This document shows, one piece after another, positions 1 to 13,043 of a stretch of 64,000 nt of DNA (within the stretch, counting starts at the first letter, position 1; every line of letters begins with the position of its first letter). The notes below the pieces were generated by a model. The model did not search any database. It was not told the origin of the DNA and saw only the letters and a list, made by a program, of their open reading frames with translations. This stretch comes from Chthonomonadales bacterium (GTDB lineage: Bacteria; Armatimonadota; Chthonomonadetes; Chthonomonadales; CAJBBX01). The stretch spans positions 89,602-153,601 of the forward strand of contig JBBIPC010000004.1 of the NCBI GenBank assembly GCA_037443035.1, in the 5' to 3' direction. The position numbers and the translations under genes were made by a program.

Positions 1-168
1 GCTGCCGAGGACCGCGGCCCGTGAGATGGTCAGCGGACGCCGCGCCCACCAGACGTGGACGAACGTGTGGGGCGCCAGTGCGCTTGCGCTGCCTCGTTCC
101 CTCATGCACTCCACGCCGATGGCCTGGGCGGGGAGCCACTCTTCGATGAGCACTCTCGGATGGTTCAT
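1..168 (-). CDS. DUF1156-domain DNA methyltransferase, N-terminal part (runs off window edge)
   Basis: Not in ORF track. Manual translation from ATG at 168 (ATGA overlap with the upstream stop): MNHPRVLIEEWLPAQAIGVECMRERGSASALAPHTFVHVWWARRPLTISRAAVLGS. LIE..LP and HxWWARRPL are the DUF1156 signature. Confidence 0.85.
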   Translation of the reverse strand, partial: MNHPRVLIEEWLPAQAIGVECMRERGSASALAPHTFVHVWWARRPLTISRAAVLGS

Positions 169-605
169 TCCACTGCCTCCGTCAGGATTCGCAGGGCCCG
201 GAGGGCCCGTTTCTGGGGATCGTGGGTCAGCAGGCCCAACCACCACGCGGCCTCGTCGGGATCGGCCCGGCGCAGATGCTCGGCTGCTCGGATGAGCCTC
301 TCGGGTTCTCGCAGGCCGGCGACGACGAGGGCGTAGCACGCCACACGCGGGCCCCACTCGGCGTCCAATGGCCTGGAGGGTCCGGGCGCCATCCCATCGT
401 CCGCTGGCTTCCTTGCGCCGCTTCCCACGATGGCCTGCCGCAGCAACCCCGTCCCAGCACGGACGGCCAGGGCCCGCAAGGTCGCCACCTTCTGCAGGCG
501 GTCCTTGCCGTCAGCCGTCGCTCGTCGAGCATAGACGATGCCTGCCAGCCCTTCCCGATGCTGCACGAACCGCAAGGCGAACGGCGCCCGTCGCAAGGGG
601 GTCAT
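165..605 (-). CDS. Small protein of the DUF499/DUF1156 defence operon (DUF3780-like)
   Basis: 146 aa, ATGA-coupled to both neighbours; C-terminal PDEAAWWLG...RALRALR resembles the DUF3780 EERWWL...ALR region. Confidence 0.6.
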   Translation of the reverse strand: MTPLRRAPFALRFVQHREGLAGIVYARRATADGKDRLQKVATLRALAVRAGTGLLRQAIVGSGARKPADDGMAPGPSRPLDAEWGPRVACYALVVAGLREPERLIRAAEHLRRADPDEAAWWLGLLTHDPQKRALRALRILTEAVE

Positions 606-3505
606 GCGTTGGCCTCCGGTCCGAATTCTGCTTCGACCGCGATCTCGCCACCGGCCTTCTCCTGGGCCTCGCGTAGTCGTGTTTCGGCCTGGTCCGCACC
701 TTGTTCACCGAACTCGAGCGCGACCTCGGCTTCGTAAGAGGCGCCTTCCACCTGCATCGCGCGGTGAAGCGCTCCCGCCGTATCCATGTGACGGGCTGCC
801 GAGGTCGGCTTCGCACCGTCGACCGCGAAGTAGGCGGTGCCGCCGTCTTTGAGGTCTCCTCGGACCTGCACGTTCATAGTAATAGATTGTGCGCTGAAGG
901 GCTGTGCCAGTTCGATCAACTTCCTGGCGCCGGACGGGCTTTTGGCCATGAGCCTCAGTTGCTTCAGGGGCCTCGTCTCGGCGTACTCGATAGCCGTGTC
1001 CCAGTCTTCCGCAATGACAGCGACATCCGACCCACGAGGGCCCCTCTCCTGGTCCTCTGAGACGTGCTCCACGGCGGCCAGCCATTCCGCGACGCAAGGG
1101 GCGTTCACGGGAGCGATGAGGACCTGATCCGTCAGATCCAGAGAGCGAAGAGCCTCGGCGTCCCTCCGGCGGGATTCTGCGGGGCCGGTGATCCGTCCGT
1201 CCTTGTCGTAGCAGTCGCCGTTCGGTAGGCGCACGACCAGACGGCCCTCGCGCACGGCCTCGAGGACGGCATCTCGAACCGGGTCCGGTCTACGCATGAG
1301 ACGCAGCCGGGGACTGCTCAGGGCGCGTTCGTGGAGCGACTTCGCGGTGTAGGCCCCCTCGTGATCCACCGACGGTGTCGCGCCCTTGAGCAGCTCGCAG
1401 AGCAGGTCCACGTCCACTTTTTCGCCGACTCTGAAGATCAACCCCTTTTCCTCGAGAAAGCGCAGAAGATTCCGCTGCCCGTTCGCCTCCGACAGGGCTC
1501 CGTCTTCCGACACGAGGGAGCCCTCTTCCAGTGGAAGCGGATCTCGCCCCTGGAGCACCACGCGATGGAAGGATCGGAGCACTCGAAGCCGGGCCTGTTT
1601 CTGCAGACTTGGCAGTAGCTTGCTGATCTGGTCGTCGGTCAGTTTGTCCGGCGGATTGCTCCGCCTGGCCTCGTCTTGGATGGTCTTGGCTGCTTTCAAT
1701 CTTCGATACTGCTGCACGGCCTCGCTCAGCGAGTTCCCGCCCGGAGCAAGCGCGACAATGGCGTTGCGGAACGGACGTTTCTCGGGAAGGTTCGGGTCGC
1801 TGTCATCCAGGTACTCGCAGACTTCCCTGGCCAGCGGAAGGGAATCGCAGAGGACCAGCTTGAGATCGGCCGTATCGGGCACCTTGCGAGGGCTGCTAGG
1901 GAATACGTGTAGCTTGAATATTCCTCCGCCGTAGTGGCTCTGAACGTAGGTCAGAGCTTCCTGACGTGCATCGGCCAGGGGAATGGTGTCGGCGACTTCC
2001 TCGATGCGCTTGTTCACGTTGGGTTCGACGCGGAACTGGTAGCGGTTGCCGGTGTCCGCCGGAAACGTGTACCATCCCACCGAAAGGAGCCGGTCGAGGG
2101 CTTCCTGCGGCTCGTTGCCGACATCGGACGGCCTCACGGTCGCCAGGGTGACGTCCCGAACGTCCATGGCTGCGTTGGGGTTCATGGGCAAGCTCTCGAT
2201 GAGCAACGCGCTGGCGACTCGCCGGTGATAGTCGCCTCCGTACTCGGCGTCGAGCTCCTGAGCATGCCGAACGCAGTCTGCCTGGACAGCGCCACTGAAT
2301 TGATCGCGATTGAGCCGCTGGAGCAGATCGGCCTGGATGCGTTCGGCCTCCACGCGGACGTCGCCGGCGGTGATAAGGGGAACGTCTACCTGGTCCTCCC
2401 ACAACTGCCGCAAGACGCGCGCGAAGAGGCGAAGCGTGCCCCTGCTCTTGTTGAAAGCTGGCAAGGTACCGAGACGATCCTGGGCGGTCATGACGAGCCT
2501 TGGATGGAAGGGGTAGCACTCCCGTATGCGGTTGGCATACTCTTCCGTCGTTACCTCTTTGGGCAGAACATCCGGACGGGACTCGGCGATACGCTTGTAC
2601 GCGCCACTGTACTCCCGGGCTGCTTCCTCGGCTGCCGCAGGGTCTATGTGCTCGAATAGCCGACGGGTGATGACGCGGGCTGCATCCCTGCCAATGGGAT
2701 CGTAGTCGGTGGATCGGCGCCCGAGCTCGTCATCGAGTCGCTTGGCGACGGCGAGTTCTCGCCGAAGCTCGTCACTCTCCTCGGCGTAGGCTGCCTGAGC
2801 GGCCGGATCGGTGATGACCAGGACGGTCCGCGGACGACGCGCCACCTCGGCCGAGAGAAGCCCGATGAACGAGATAAGGTTTTTCGAGGCGCGTTCTGGC
2901 AGCTTGACCATGTACTTGACCAGCTCGTCCAGGAGCAGCAGCACAGGTTCGTCGCCCTGGAACAGCAGGCGGAGAAGGTCTGCCGAAGGCGACGCTTCGG
3001 CATCGTCGCATTGCTGGAACACGGCCAGCAACTGCTTGCCGCCGAGCTGATAGGCCAGTTCGCCCCACAGGCTGCGAGGACTGGCGTCTGTGTGGTGTCG
3101 CGCGATGGGGTAGCCGAGCTTCTCGCCATCTACGCCTGCGACGCGTACCGATCGAGGCCGCCGCCCGGCTTCCACAAGCTCCTCGCCGAGGGAGGGATCG
3201 CCGATGTTGCGCGCCAGGTGCCACATGGCGATCAGTGCGTGGGTCTTGCCACCGCCGAACCCCGTGCTCAGCCGAACACACGCGCCCGCCTCCCCCGGGT
3301 CGGAGAGGCGAGTGAACACGGCGTCCATGATTTTCCGTAGCTCGCTGGCTGGATGGGTATTCCGAAAGAACAAGACGGGATCCTGGTAGACGCGTGGAGC
3401 GCGTTCTTCGATCACATGGCCAAAATCCGCAGCGAAAATCGCGTCATCCAGATCGCCTCTTGCCACTTCTTCTCTCAGAACGCAGGTCTGCCGAACACTT
3501 CTCAT
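602..3505 (-). CDS. DUF499 family P-loop ATPase
   Basis: Walker A TGFGGGKTH, Walker B LLLLDEL, SLWGELAYQLG, CYPFHP and RGTLRL motifs; start moved to ATG 3505 (AAGGGG SD). Confidence 0.88.
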   Translation of the reverse strand: MRSVRQTCVLREEVARGDLDDAIFAADFGHVIEERAPRVYQDPVLFFRNTHPASELRKIMDAVFTRLSDPGEAGACVRLSTGFGGGKTHALIAMWHLARNIGDPSLGEELVEAGRRPRSVRVAGVDGEKLGYPIARHHTDASPRSLWGELAYQLGGKQLLAVFQQCDDAEASPSADLLRLLFQGDEPVLLLLDELVKYMVKLPERASKNLISFIGLLSAEVARRPRTVLVITDPAAQAAYAEESDELRRELAVAKRLDDELGRRSTDYDPIGRDAARVITRRLFEHIDPAAAEEAAREYSGAYKRIAESRPDVLPKEVTTEEYANRIRECYPFHPRLVMTAQDRLGTLPAFNKSRGTLRLFARVLRQLWEDQVDVPLITAGDVRVEAERIQADLLQRLNRDQFSGAVQADCVRHAQELDAEYGGDYHRRVASALLIESLPMNPNAAMDVRDVTLATVRPSDVGNEPQEALDRLLSVGWYTFPADTGNRYQFRVEPNVNKRIEEVADTIPLADARQEALTYVQSHYGGGIFKLHVFPSSPRKVPDTADLKLVLCDSLPLAREVCEYLDDSDPNLPEKRPFRNAIVALAPGGNSLSEAVQQYRRLKAAKTIQDEARRSNPPDKLTDDQISKLLPSLQKQARLRVLRSFHRVVLQGRDPLPLEEGSLVSEDGALSEANGQRNLLRFLEEKGLIFRVGEKVDVDLLCELLKGATPSVDHEGAYTAKSLHERALSSPRLRLMRRPDPVRDAVLEAVREGRLVVRLPNGDCYDKDGRITGPAESRRRDAEALRSLDLTDQVLIAPVNAPCVAEWLAAVEHVSEDQERGPRGSDVAVIAEDWDTAIEYAETRPLKQLRLMAKSPSGARKLIELAQPFSAQSITMNVQVRGDLKDGGTAYFAVDGAKPTSAARHMDTAGALHRAMQVEGASYEAEVALEFGEQGADQAETRLREAQEKAGGEIAVEAEFGPEANA

Positions 3506-3512
3506 CGTGTCA

Positions 3513-7020
<3,508 letters not shown>

Positions 7021-7083
7021 GTTAGGACCCTCCGTCAGCGTGAATCGGATGGCCGATTATACAACAGGCTGCTCCAAACCTGC

Positions 7084-7123
7084 CAAACACAAAGGGCGGA
7101 CAGGCATCGAGCCCGTCCGCCCT
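7084..7123 (-). terminator. Intrinsic terminator downstream of secG
   Basis: Minus strand AGGGCGGACGGGC-TCGAT-GCCTGTCCGCCCT followed by TTGTGTTTG. Confidence 0.65.
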
Positions 7124-7143
7124 CAGAGCTGCACAGGGAACGT

Positions 7144-7383
7144 TCAGCGGTTCATGGTCACGGCCACGAGGATGCTGGCGACGAAAAACCCGATGGCCAG
7201 ATACCGCGTAATCTCGTTCAGTCGCTCCTCGAAGCCCGGCTTACCTTTGAACGAGCTGGACACGGTGCCGCCAATGACACCCCCGAGCCCCTCACTCTTC
7301 GTCGTCTGGATGGCTATGACGAAAATGAGACCGATAGCCAGGACCACCTGTACGATGCTAAGCAGAACATAGACAGTGTGCAC
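7144..7383 (-). CDS. secG: Preprotein translocase subunit SecG
   Basis: 79 aa, two TM helices, IQTTKSEGLGGVIGG loop, LNEITRYLA. Confidence 0.9.
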   Translation of the reverse strand: MHTVYVLLSIVQVVLAIGLIFVIAIQTTKSEGLGGVIGGTVSSSFKGKPGFEERLNEITRYLAIGFFVASILVAVTMNR

Positions 7384-7427
7384 GTGATCTACCTTCCTCT
7401 ACGCTTGACAACCGCCGAAAGCTGGCT

Positions 7428-7646
7428 CTACTCCGACTTGCTCTCGGACTTGGCACTCTCGGACTTCGCGGCCGCCTTCTTCTCTTCGTCGCTGTCGTCG
7501 CTAAGCCCCTTCTTGAACTCGCGCATTCCCGAACCGAGTCCTCGCATGAGCTCAGGGATGCGGTTGCCACCGAAGAGCAACAGCACGATGACCAAGATGA
7601 TGAGCCACTGTTGCGGGCTCTCGAACATGGCGAGTATGTCTACCAT
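7428..7646 (-). CDS. tatA: Twin-arginine translocase TatA
   Basis: [34 protein letters not shown]. Confidence 0.9.
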   Translation of the reverse strand: MVDILAMFESPQQWLIILVIVLLLFGGNRIPELMRGLGSGMREFKKGLSDDSDEEKKAAAKSESAKSESKSE

Positions 7647-7707
7647 GACGCCTTACTCCTTTCCCGCCGGCCAGGCCTTACCTGGCAGCAGGGTCGCGTA
7701 CCTTCCA

Positions 7708-8202
7708 TCAGGATACCGCTTCGGCGGCGTTATCGAGTCCGGTCGCGTCGCCTGATTCGGAACCGCCCTGCGTGCTGCTCTGGACAGCCGCGTGTCGGAG
7801 CAACGATCCAGTAAGGGTGTAGTCGCCCAGATCTTCGGGAATCGGTTCTGCACCGTTGCTCCCCCGTACGACGTCCTCGACAGGCGCCGTGACGCCCACG
7901 ATGGTGTAGTCGCTCAGGTCTAGCGGCGCGTCCATGGCTGGCGGCGTGTAGTACGACGCGGTTCGATCGTACGAGGACGAGTGGCTGTCGTACGAGTACG
8001 AGCTCGTCTCGGGTTCATAGTCTGTCGTGAAGGACCTCGAAACCTCCCCCGCCGCCTTGCGAAGTTCTCGCAAGGCGCCGCCGATCTGGCGCCCTATCTC
8101 TGGCAGCTTCTTCGGCCCGAAGACAAGCAGCGCGATCGTCAGCACGATCAAGATCTGGATCGGACTCTCGAACATGAGCAGGTTGTCGTACACAAATTCC
8201 AT
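7708..8202 (-). CDS. tatB: TatA/TatB family subunit with long acidic tail
   Basis: ALLVFGPKKLPEIGRQIGGALRELRKA. Confidence 0.75.
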   Translation of the reverse strand: MEFVYDNLLMFESPIQILIVLTIALLVFGPKKLPEIGRQIGGALRELRKAAGEVSRSFTTDYEPETSSYSYDSHSSSYDRTASYYTPPAMDAPLDLSDYTIVGVTAPVEDVVRGSNGAEPIPEDLGDYTLTGSLLRHAAVQSSTQGGSESGDATGLDNAAEAVS

Positions 8203-8224
8203 AGTGGCCCCCTACCCGCGAGCC

Positions 8225-9160
8225 CTAGACCGGAGTGGCCGTTACTCGTTCGACCAACCGATCGACCTGTTGCCTATCTACGAAGCCGGCTCCGTACACA
8301 CATGCATTAGCGGCACCCGCTGCCACGCCATATGCCACTGCTTCGCGCCAGCTCCATCCTTGCGCCAATCCTACCAGCAGCGCACCTAGGAGCGCATCTC
8401 CCGAGCCGACAGCACTTATAAACGGAACTTCTGGCGCTGCGACGTAGAACCTGTCACCCTCCACTACGCATACGCATCCATCAGGTCCCATCGTCACGAC
8501 CACCGCGCGCGTATCGGCATCGAGCACGCTTTCCGCGATGTCCGCTGCTTCCTTCCCACTCGTTGCACGCCTGCCGGTCAACTGTTCCAGCTCCACCAGG
8601 TTCGGCTTCACCAACCATGGACGGGCAGCGACGCCCTGCCGCAACGGTTCGCCACTCGAATCCAGCACCACCCGCACACCGAGCGACTTACCGAGATCCG
8701 TCAGCGTACCGTACACGTCCTCAGGCACGCCCGGCGGCACACTCCCGGACAGCACCAGGATCTCGTACGACCCCGTTCGCAACAGGCGGCTGATCAGCGC
8801 CAACATTCGTTGGATCGCCCTGCGGCCGACCGTCGGTCCATTCTCGTTGATCTCCGTCTGGCTGCGCCGCTCTGGATCCACGGCAGCGATGCACGTCCTG
8901 GACTCGCCACGCACCCAGACGAACTCGCCCTCGATACCCTCTTCTCGCAACGAAGCAGCAATGAACCGCCCGTTGTGACCGCCCAGGATCCCAGTCGCCG
9001 TGGCTACGCCTCCGAGCCGCGTTACCGTCCTGGCAACATTGATGCCCTTGCCGCCAGCTACGATCCAGCATGCCGAAGGCCGATGCACAACGTCCAAGGC
9101 GAAGCCCTCGATGCGGTACGTCCGGTCAATGGCCGCGTTCAGCGTGACTGTCAGGATCAC
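8225..9160 (-). CDS. 1-phosphofructokinase/LacC-family hexose kinase (PfkB)
   Basis: ILTVTLNAAID, AGGKGINVAR, LVKPNLVEL and AVGSGD motifs; start moved to GTG 9160. Confidence 0.9.
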   Translation of the reverse strand: MILTVTLNAAIDRTYRIEGFALDVVHRPSACWIVAGGKGINVARTVTRLGGVATATGILGGHNGRFIAASLREEGIEGEFVWVRGESRTCIAAVDPERRSQTEINENGPTVGRRAIQRMLALISRLLRTGSYEILVLSGSVPPGVPEDVYGTLTDLGKSLGVRVVLDSSGEPLRQGVAARPWLVKPNLVELEQLTGRRATSGKEAADIAESVLDADTRAVVVTMGPDGCVCVVEGDRFYVAAPEVPFISAVGSGDALLGALLVGLAQGWSWREAVAYGVAAGAANACVYGAGFVDRQQVDRLVERVTATPV

Positions 9161-9191
9161 CGGACTTTCCCATGGCTTCAGGCTCGACCCG

Positions 9192-9220
9192 TTGACACAG
9201 TATACCCGAGGGAGTATAAT
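9192..9220 (+). promoter_or_regulatory. Consensus sigma70 promoter of tRNA-Leu
   Basis: TTGACA (9192-9197), 17 bp spacer, TATAAT (9215-9220). Confidence 0.9.
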
Positions 9221-9235
9221 GGCTGATGAGCGTGC

Positions 9236-9321
9236 GCCCAGGTGGTGAAATGGCAAACACGCTAGTTTCAGGAACTAGTGCCCGTACGGGCTTGGAGGTT
9301 CGACTCCTCTCCTGGGCACCA
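9236..9321 (+). tRNA. tRNA-Leu (CAG)
   Basis: GCCCAGG/CCTGGGC acceptor, CTAGT-TTCAGGA-ACTAG anticodon arm, long variable arm, GGTTCGACTCC, encoded CCA. Confidence 0.95.
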
Positions 9322-9323
9322 AG

Positions 9324-9356
9324 AAGCGCAACGGTGGCGAACCGTTGCGCTTTTTT
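9324..9356 (+). terminator. Intrinsic terminator after tRNA-Leu
   Basis: AAGCGCAACGGT-GGCGA-ACCGTTGCGCTT followed by a T run. Confidence 0.85.
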
Positions 9357-9398
9357 CAGCTTACTCGCATAGTAGGCAGCGAACTCACTCGACCAACG

Positions 9399-10685
9399 CT
9401 AGCGTAAGGCCGGTGACCACATCCCGTCCGTGTTGTCCCCGACACCCTTGGTGAGGTTCATAACCTCGCCACCATCTAGGCGGACGACGCAGAGGTCTGT
9501 CGTGCCCTTGGGGGTGACCTTCCTGTAGAGCAAGCGAGTACCGTCAGGAGACCATCGTGGCATGCGAGCATCCCCCTTGACGATGACCCTCAAGCTCTCG
9601 GCATCAGCGACCTTCCTGATGATGAGCGGCTGGGGCTGGTCCACGGGCACCACCGCCACGCCGACCAGAACTCGGTCCAGCCCTTGGGATTTCCACAGCT
9701 CGAACGCCACCTGGCTGCCGTCGGGCGAAACAGCCGGCTGTTCGCACACAATGGTGTTCCTGTCAGCAGTGAGGATTGGCTCGACTGGCAGATTCTTCTC
9801 GTCGGTTCGGAATCGAACGAGCGCATGCCGTCCCTGGCGTGTGGTCAAGCTCGCCACTATTCTGCGACCGTCTGGCATCCAATCGAACTGGACCTTTTCG
9901 GCGCCAGGCAGCACGAAAGGCTCTGCTTCGAGATGCGGCAAGACGACGATACTCTCCGGTTCCACCAGCGTCCCGCCACCGAAATCACTCGGCATACCTT
10001 TCGGTTGCGACCACCAACCCGAATTACCGAGGACTGCCGCGTTCTCGCCTTCCATGACCTGGATACCGGCTAGCGACTGAGCTGTGGGTGACCAATCGAA
10101 CCAGACGATGGGCGGCCGCCGGAAGCTACTGAGGTCCTCGCCGGCCTCGTCGCGGTTATCGTCGCCCTGTGCCCCACCGCCCTTGTGTGGCGGAGGATAG
10201 ACCTGGCTCAGGTCGGCTGCATTGGGCGTTACCACCTTGATCGCGCCGCCCGATAGGAATGCGATGAGCTTGCCGTCCGACCGCCACCGCGGCATGTCCT
10301 TGCTGATCGAGCCGTAAGTAATCTGCCTGGGCGCTCCCTTGCCCAATACGAAGAGCTGGTAGGTTGCCGATCCTTCTGCACGGGTCTCCTGAGCGTAACA
10401 CAGCCGGGAGCCATCCGGCGACCATACCGGCATGCGCTTCGGGGCGTCATCGTTGGTGAGCTGTCCCAGACCAGTACCATCTGCCTTCACGATGAATAGG
10501 TTGCACCCTCCGGAACTGTCCGTTCGAATGAAGGCTATGTAGTCTTTCGTCGAGGATGCCAGCTTCGCGACGGTACCCACCGTGCCGTACGACTGCTTCC
10601 AGAAGTACCATCCCACGAAGAGCCCAAGGAAGATCAGCAACAGCAAGTACTTCCCGATGGCCGCCCCCCTCTCATGCACTCTCAT
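9399..10685 (-). CDS. Membrane-anchored TolB-like (PD40 repeat) beta-propeller protein
   Basis: N-terminal TM helix; repeated PxWSPDG motifs. Confidence 0.8.
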   Translation of the reverse strand: MRVHERGAAIGKYLLLLIFLGLFVGWYFWKQSYGTVGTVAKLASSTKDYIAFIRTDSSGGCNLFIVKADGTGLGQLTNDDAPKRMPVWSPDGSRLCYAQETRAEGSATYQLFVLGKGAPRQITYGSISKDMPRWRSDGKLIAFLSGGAIKVVTPNAADLSQVYPPPHKGGGAQGDDNRDEAGEDLSSFRRPPIVWFDWSPTAQSLAGIQVMEGENAAVLGNSGWWSQPKGMPSDFGGGTLVEPESIVVLPHLEAEPFVLPGAEKVQFDWMPDGRRIVASLTTRQGRHALVRFRTDEKNLPVEPILTADRNTIVCEQPAVSPDGSQVAFELWKSQGLDRVLVGVAVVPVDQPQPLIIRKVADAESLRVIVKGDARMPRWSPDGTRLLYRKVTPKGTTDLCVVRLDGGEVMNLTKGVGDNTDGMWSPALR

Positions 10686-10763
10686 TCATGTTCCTCCCGG
10701 TGCTCCGTCTGCCGCTCGTTTTCGTTACGCCGACAGCTTCAGGTCTCGTTCCAACGCCTGGAG

Positions 10764-11825
10764 CTAGCCCGCTCGCCTCTGCTGTATGGCCGTGGTCAGG
10801 ACTGCTAACAGGAGCACACCACCGACGACGGTACCGCGCCACAGGTCCGGCTTCGTCAGCGTAAGGTTGATAGCGCTGAAAATCACCATGAGCAGCGTCG
10901 CCCCCAAGACGGTACCCACAACGCTTCCTCGACCACCCATGAGGTCCGCTCCGCCGACAACGGAGGCCGCCACGGCGTCCAGCTCATACGACTGTCCCGC
11001 AAGCGGGTCGCCCTGCCCACCGTATGCAGCCCAAAGGACACCGGCAATGCCACCGAGCACGGCACTCGTTCCATACGCAAAGAGCTTGACGCCATACACA
11101 TTGACGCCTGATAGCCGTGTCGCCGTCTCGTTGCTCCCGACACTGTAGATGTACCGCCCCATCCGCGTGCGCATGAGGACGAGGGCCACTGCCACAGCTA
11201 CGACAAGCATGATGACAAGGGGTACCGGTATGGGCAGACGACTACCTTCGAACAACGTACCGTTCGCAAGGTAGAGCAGACCGGGATACCCTTCTAGCGT
11301 TACGGGCAGCTGGTTGTTCGCTACGAGCGCCTGGCTCCGCAAGATCAGCAAGGACGCCAGCGTCACAACGAAGGGTGGCAGTCGAAGCCTGTGAATGAGC
11401 GTGGCATGGACAGCACCGATGAGGAGGGCGACGCCAAGTGCCAGAACGATGCCTAGCATCACCGCAGAACCAGGTGCTATGCTTTGGCCGAATCTCGTGA
11501 CCGTCAGGGCGGTAAGCATTCCGGTGAACGCGATAAGCGACCCGAGCGAGAGGTCGATTCCGGCTGTGATGATGACGACCGTTTCGCCGATCGCAAAAAT
11601 CGCAAGGAGCGCGACCTGACGGGCAATGTTCAGCAGGTTCCTGTCCGTGAAGAAGGAGTCCCTGGCCGAGGTAAACGGCATGGCCAAGCATACCAATGCG
11701 ATGACGATGACAACTCCGCTTTCCCTCGACAGCAGGAAGCTACGGATGAAACCGCCATACCCCTGGCCGTGACTGTGCCATCCTTCACCGCCTGGCGAGC
11801 TGCTCTCCGACGCAGGCAACGTCAC
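10764..11825 (-). CDS. Monosaccharide ABC transporter permease (RbsC-like)
   Basis: GETVVIITAGIDLSLGS, GRYIYSVGSNETATRLSGV, YELDAVAASVVGG. Confidence 0.92.
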   Translation of the reverse strand: MTLPASESSSPGGEGWHSHGQGYGGFIRSFLLSRESGVVIVIALVCLAMPFTSARDSFFTDRNLLNIARQVALLAIFAIGETVVIITAGIDLSLGSLIAFTGMLTALTVTRFGQSIAPGSAVMLGIVLALGVALLIGAVHATLIHRLRLPPFVVTLASLLILRSQALVANNQLPVTLEGYPGLLYLANGTLFEGSRLPIPVPLVIMLVVAVAVALVLMRTRMGRYIYSVGSNETATRLSGVNVYGVKLFAYGTSAVLGGIAGVLWAAYGGQGDPLAGQSYELDAVAASVVGGADLMGGRGSVVGTVLGATLLMVIFSAINLTLTKPDLWRGTVVGGVLLLAVLTTAIQQRRAG

Positions 11826-12907
11826 GTGGACTCGAGTCCCTTCTCCTTCAATGATCGTAGGAACGCAGGGGCGTTGGCCGGCGTTATGACATCCACACCG
11901 GTGTCTATCACGTTACCCTCTACCTTCATGCCCATCTTTGCGAGTTCGGGCGTCAGCTCTTCCATGGCGCCCTTGAGTCCCTTGCGGTTGATGAGGTACA
12001 GAGCCTTGGTGGCCAACCTGCCGAACTCGTAGGGTTTCTGCACAACCGTGACGTCCACCAATCCGGCCTCGAGGTTCTTGAGCGTCTTCGGCTCGCCGTC
12101 GAAGCAGATGATCTTCACTTTCGAGCGGAGGTTCTGCTTCATGACTTCGTCAACGATGGCAGGTCCGTTGTACGAGTAGAGCCCGACAAGCCCGTTCAGC
12201 TTGTCGCCGTAGCGGACGATGGCGTCAGCGACGTTCCTCCTGGCGCGTCCCACAGCGTCCTTGTCATCCTCGTAGGGATCCTGAAGCATGACGATCTTCG
12301 TGCCCTTGATGGCGTCCAGGAATCCGCGGTACCGATCTCGCGCGTTCTGGGCACTCATATTGCCCACGAAAGCCACCAAGTTCCCTCCGTTCGGGAACAG
12401 CTTCTTCGCTTCTTCGCCAGCAACACGCCCCGCCTCGTAGTTGTTCGTGCCGATGTACAGGAGACGTTTGCTCTTCTCCGAGTCGGAGTCGAACGTGATG
12501 ACCGGTATGCCCTTGGCGATGGCGCCATCGATGACAGGCGCGAAAGCATCCGCCTGGATAGGCGAGACACCGATCCCGTCACAGCCAGCTGCCACCGCGT
12601 CCTCGAAGACCCGCTTCTGCGCGTTGTTGTCGGCCTGTTGCGGTGCCTGCCAGGTCGCGTCTACCTGTAACTCCGCTTTCATTACCTCGAGCCCTTTCCC
12701 CATGGCATCCCAGAACGGTGAGATGCCGTTGGTGATGAGCTTGAGCTTGAGGTCGCCGGTAGGTTTGCGGGGTGTGTCGAAACTTACCGATGCGGTGGCA
12801 TCGCCTCCCGACGGTGTCGCTGTCTCTTCCTGGCCTTTCTTCTGCGAGCACGAGGCCAGTAGGATAGCTGTCGCCGCCAGCATACACAACGTTCCGTAGC
12901 GCTTCAT
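11822..12907 (-). CDS. Monosaccharide ABC substrate-binding lipoprotein
   Basis: LLASC lipobox after ATG 12907 (GGAGG SD); GIPVITFDSD, YIGTNNYEAG, VVQKPYEFG. Confidence 0.9.
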   Translation of the reverse strand: MKRYGTLCMLAATAILLASCSQKKGQEETATPSGGDATASVSFDTPRKPTGDLKLKLITNGISPFWDAMGKGLEVMKAELQVDATWQAPQQADNNAQKRVFEDAVAAGCDGIGVSPIQADAFAPVIDGAIAKGIPVITFDSDSEKSKRLLYIGTNNYEAGRVAGEEAKKLFPNGGNLVAFVGNMSAQNARDRYRGFLDAIKGTKIVMLQDPYEDDKDAVGRARRNVADAIVRYGDKLNGLVGLYSYNGPAIVDEVMKQNLRSKVKIICFDGEPKTLKNLEAGLVDVTVVQKPYEFGRLATKALYLINRKGLKGAMEELTPELAKMGMKVEGNVIDTGVDVITPANAPAFLRSLKEKGLEST

Positions 12908-13043
12908 GCGTCGTCCTCCAATAGGTCCTTCGCTTCCGCTATTATGCCCCGCAGCGCAAGGTTCCTGCATGCCGCCCGTCAGAACCCACGGTGGCTTCGT
13001 TGACTCCGAACGTGCCCTGCTGTCAGAATGCCTCCGTAAGACC

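Noticed and set aside
10620..10685. Prepilin-like cleavage site (ERG-AAIGK) on the TolB-like protein
   Set aside because: Lacks the +1 Phe and +5 Glu; better read as a simple membrane anchor
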